Part shown: in pieces, positions 61,741 to 64,000 of the stretch | How positions within the stretch are numbered: the first letter of the stretch is position 1 | Layout of the letters: each line of letters starts with the position of its first letter | From: Utricularia gibba | Taxonomy: Eukaryota; Plantae; Magnoliophyta | Length of the DNA: 64,000 bases | NCBI GenBank assembly: GCA_002189035.1 | Contig: NEEC01000014.1 | Span: 2,976,001 to 3,040,000, forward strand | Direction of reading: 5' to 3' | Made by a program: the position numbers and the translations under genes | Notes under the pieces: model-generated | What the model was told of the DNA's origin: nothing | The model's input: the letters and a program-made list of their open reading frames with translations, nothing else | Databases searched by the model: none

Positions 61741-63059
61741 AAAAAGTAATATTCTCTAATTCCCCACCATTCCCTTCCCAACTGCACAAAATAATTGAAC
61801 CCCACTGAAGCACCAAATGCGGCTGCTGAATCTGTGGTAGGCGAGGGTGATGCTGTCAGGTACACCCACATTTCAAGCCTCTTGTGACACCAGTTCAATT
61901 CTGGACCCTTTTTGACCTGTTTAGATCCAAGCTTTGGTTAGGGATTTAGGTGAAAACACATACCTTCAACCTAACACGAAAATCAGAAGAATGAGCAAAT
62001 GGAAGAGAAGCCATAGAGAAGTAAAAGGGTTGGAGGGCAAAAAAGGAATGCATTTATTTTCAGCAACTTATTGAGTGAACAAGTTACATTTTATCAACTT
62101 TGTAATAAGTTGATGAAATAGTTAATATTGAAATAAGTAGAAAATAAGTAGAAGTAGAAGTAGAAGTTCAGTTTTAGAACAAGTAGAGGTGGTTTGTAAA
62201 ACACTTACTTTTACTTTTACTTTAAGTCATAAGTCACAAAATAAGTTATACAGACTACTGCCTTAGACTTTTGGTTTTCTCACTAGAGGATTTTTCTCTA
62301 GTTTTTCTCTAGAACCTTGTTCTCGTTTTCTTTAGTTTGTATGGCCGTTCGCAGCTAGAAACTTCCGTTTCTGGGTTGGATACTCCTAGATCTATGTTTC
62401 GTTAGCTTATCTTCATCTCTTCTTTGAATCCGAATGGGTTCCATATGTCTTCGCACGACTATGTTTTAGTCTTTCTGTAATAGTCCCCTTATTCAATATT
62501 CATGGTTAGATGATCACTACCTGCGGGTTTTGAAGAGGAGTAAGGTGGAAAGCACCAACTTATGCCCTTTTGACAAGAGGAAGACTACGTGTGGCCGTAC
62601 CTCAGGATCCATGGATAGGTAATGACCTCGTATCTAGACTCATTGGGTCATTGGCAACACTCGGGCACACACGTGCAATTCGGCCGTGAGGTTACGCTGG
62701 CAGGACCTCTTATTCTCACGTTCATCCAAGAAGGAGCAACATCGGGCTATTCCCGTGCCTTCTTGCAAGAGAGTGTAAGGTAGGGTAGGCAATTCCTTAC
62801 TTTTATAACCGAGTACTCGAGAAGACCAGAGAAGAGTGAAGACGCAACGAATGTAACTGGGTAGGATTCCAAACCCAAGAACATTTACTTTATTTAAGGT
62901 TCATCGCTTACGTTTATTTCAGTTGTCTGTTCAAAACTTCTCTTATTCCCTTACTCAAGCTTCATCATTTACGTTTCTTGCATCTTTACTTCCGAAACCA
63001 TTTACAAATTGTGACAATTGTATTTATCCATAGCACCTAATTGTAGCTTCCACTTCTAG

Positions 63060-64000
63060 ACCTTTTTGATGGAACCCCAACCTTTACAATGACAATATCA
63101 CCTATTTATATTCAACCACATAGCATTTCAAAGCAAATGACAGAATGGTTTCTTCATGAAACTTGTTCCACTTAAAGATGCCGGTTACAGATCTTCATCC
63201 ATTGCAAGCACTTATTCCATTCATACCCAGGCATTAATGCTCCAGCTTGATCTCTAATACTCCCTCCTAAGCTGGACACTTCTTCACTCCAAGAACATTG
63301 CGAAACCGAATGAAAGACTGTGTTTTCAAAGGTTTCATGAATACATCAGCAACCTGATCTTCTGTCTTAACATAGAACAGCTCCACACATTGATCAGACA
63401 CATTCTCAGATGAAGTGGAACCTTGTACCGATGTGCTTACTCCTTTGATGAAATACTGGGTTCTTTCCGAGAGCAATTGCTGACTTGTTATCTCTACCAA
63501 TTTTGATTGGCTCTTTGATGTGAAACTTGAGACTCTCTAGCATGAAGATTAACCACAGAGCATGACAAATAATAGAATTTGCAGCCACATATTCTGCCTC
63601 ACATGAGGATAGAGTCACAATGGGCTGTTTTTAGAGTTCCGCACAATAGCGAATTCACCCAGCATGAACGTAAAGCCCCTGGTACTCTTTGAATCATCAA
63701 TAATTCCTGCCCAATAAGATCAAATGAATCAGACCTTTGATACCTCATCCCAACATCAACTGTCCCCTTTAAATATCGCAAAATTCTTTTAGTAGCTTTG
63801 AGGTGGATTTCTATCGGTTGCTCCATGAATCTGCAAACTAAGCCAACCGCAAACAAGATATCAGGCCTGGTGCTCATAATGTAGCGTAAAGAACCTACCA
63901 AACTCTTATATCTAATCACATTCACTTCTACAGAGGGATAAATACTTTAGCCTTGAGATAGGCATCAATCGTGTTATTCCATGCTCCTGGAGCTTGTTTT
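63060..64000 (-). mobile_element. Ty1/Copia 3' end (RT/RNase H, PPT, 3' LTR), running off the window edge
   Basis: YKSLVGSLRYIMSTRPDILFAVG; LSSCEAEYVAA; DNKSAIAL.KNPVFHQRSKHI; DQVADVFMKPL; PPT AGGAGGGAG at 63260-63268; LTR with TATAAATAGG. Confidence 0.9.

Larger units (their letters stand above)
58766..62262 (-). mobile_element. PIF/Harbinger DNA transposon, full-length ends, non-functional
   Basis: Imperfect ~21-bp TIRs (GGGTGTAGTCTGTGCCACTTA / GGCAGTAGTCTGTATAACTTA), TTA TSD on both sides, many subterminal AAGTAG(AA) repeats at both ends, and two characteristic ORFs. Confidence 0.9.
58295..63060 (+). mobile_element. Athila-type LTR (related to family C), split by the Harbinger element (58295-58765 and 62263-~63060)
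   Basis: Start TGTCAAATGTCATTTTCT...AATTAGGAGTCT resembles 31569; LTR-like sequence resumes after the TTA TSD; right end uncertain. Confidence 0.55.

Noticed and set aside
61438-61816. Extensin or proline-rich protein gene; also considered as a CRISPR-like array
   Set aside because: No signal peptide or consistent single frame, it lies inside a transposon and has no spacers. Kept only as a repeat and a hypothesis.
1-64000. Endogenous caulimovirus or geminivirus sequence, or bacterial horizontal transfer
   Set aside because: All RT and RNase H motifs seen are LINE, Copia or Athila type; I saw no movement, coat or Rep protein motifs and no bacteria-like gene-dense segment.

Overview
AT-rich plant nuclear heterochromatin-like window. 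I found no intact protein-coding gene, no rRNA, no functional tRNA and no CRISPR array. It is a palimpsest of decayed, nested mobile elements: two L1-like LINEs, at least four Ty1/Copia remnants, several Athila-type Ty3/Gypsy elements and solo LTRs, a three-copy Copia-type LTR family, a CRM-like LTR, a TRIM, a hAT transposase fragment and a full-length but dead PIF/Harbinger element with TIRs and a TTA TSD. It also holds two clusters of old plastid-derived DNA (ycf2, trnA/trnI, psaA-ycf3; rps2-atpI). The only host gene remnants are two tandem isoflavone-reductase-like (NmrA family, IFR/PCBER-like) pseudogenes with a shared duplicated 3' flank. The most unusual structures are: two independent Copia elements whose 5' LTR is truncated and capped by an inverted copy of the LTR-end/PBS junction; an LTR copy that carries 18 bp of another copy's unique flank; a mosaic plastid insertion with a very divergent ycf2; and many deletion-plus-templated-filler scars. 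I cannot support a claim of a novel biological system. Family assignments come from recalled protein and DNA motifs, not database searches, and boundaries marked ~ are approximate.
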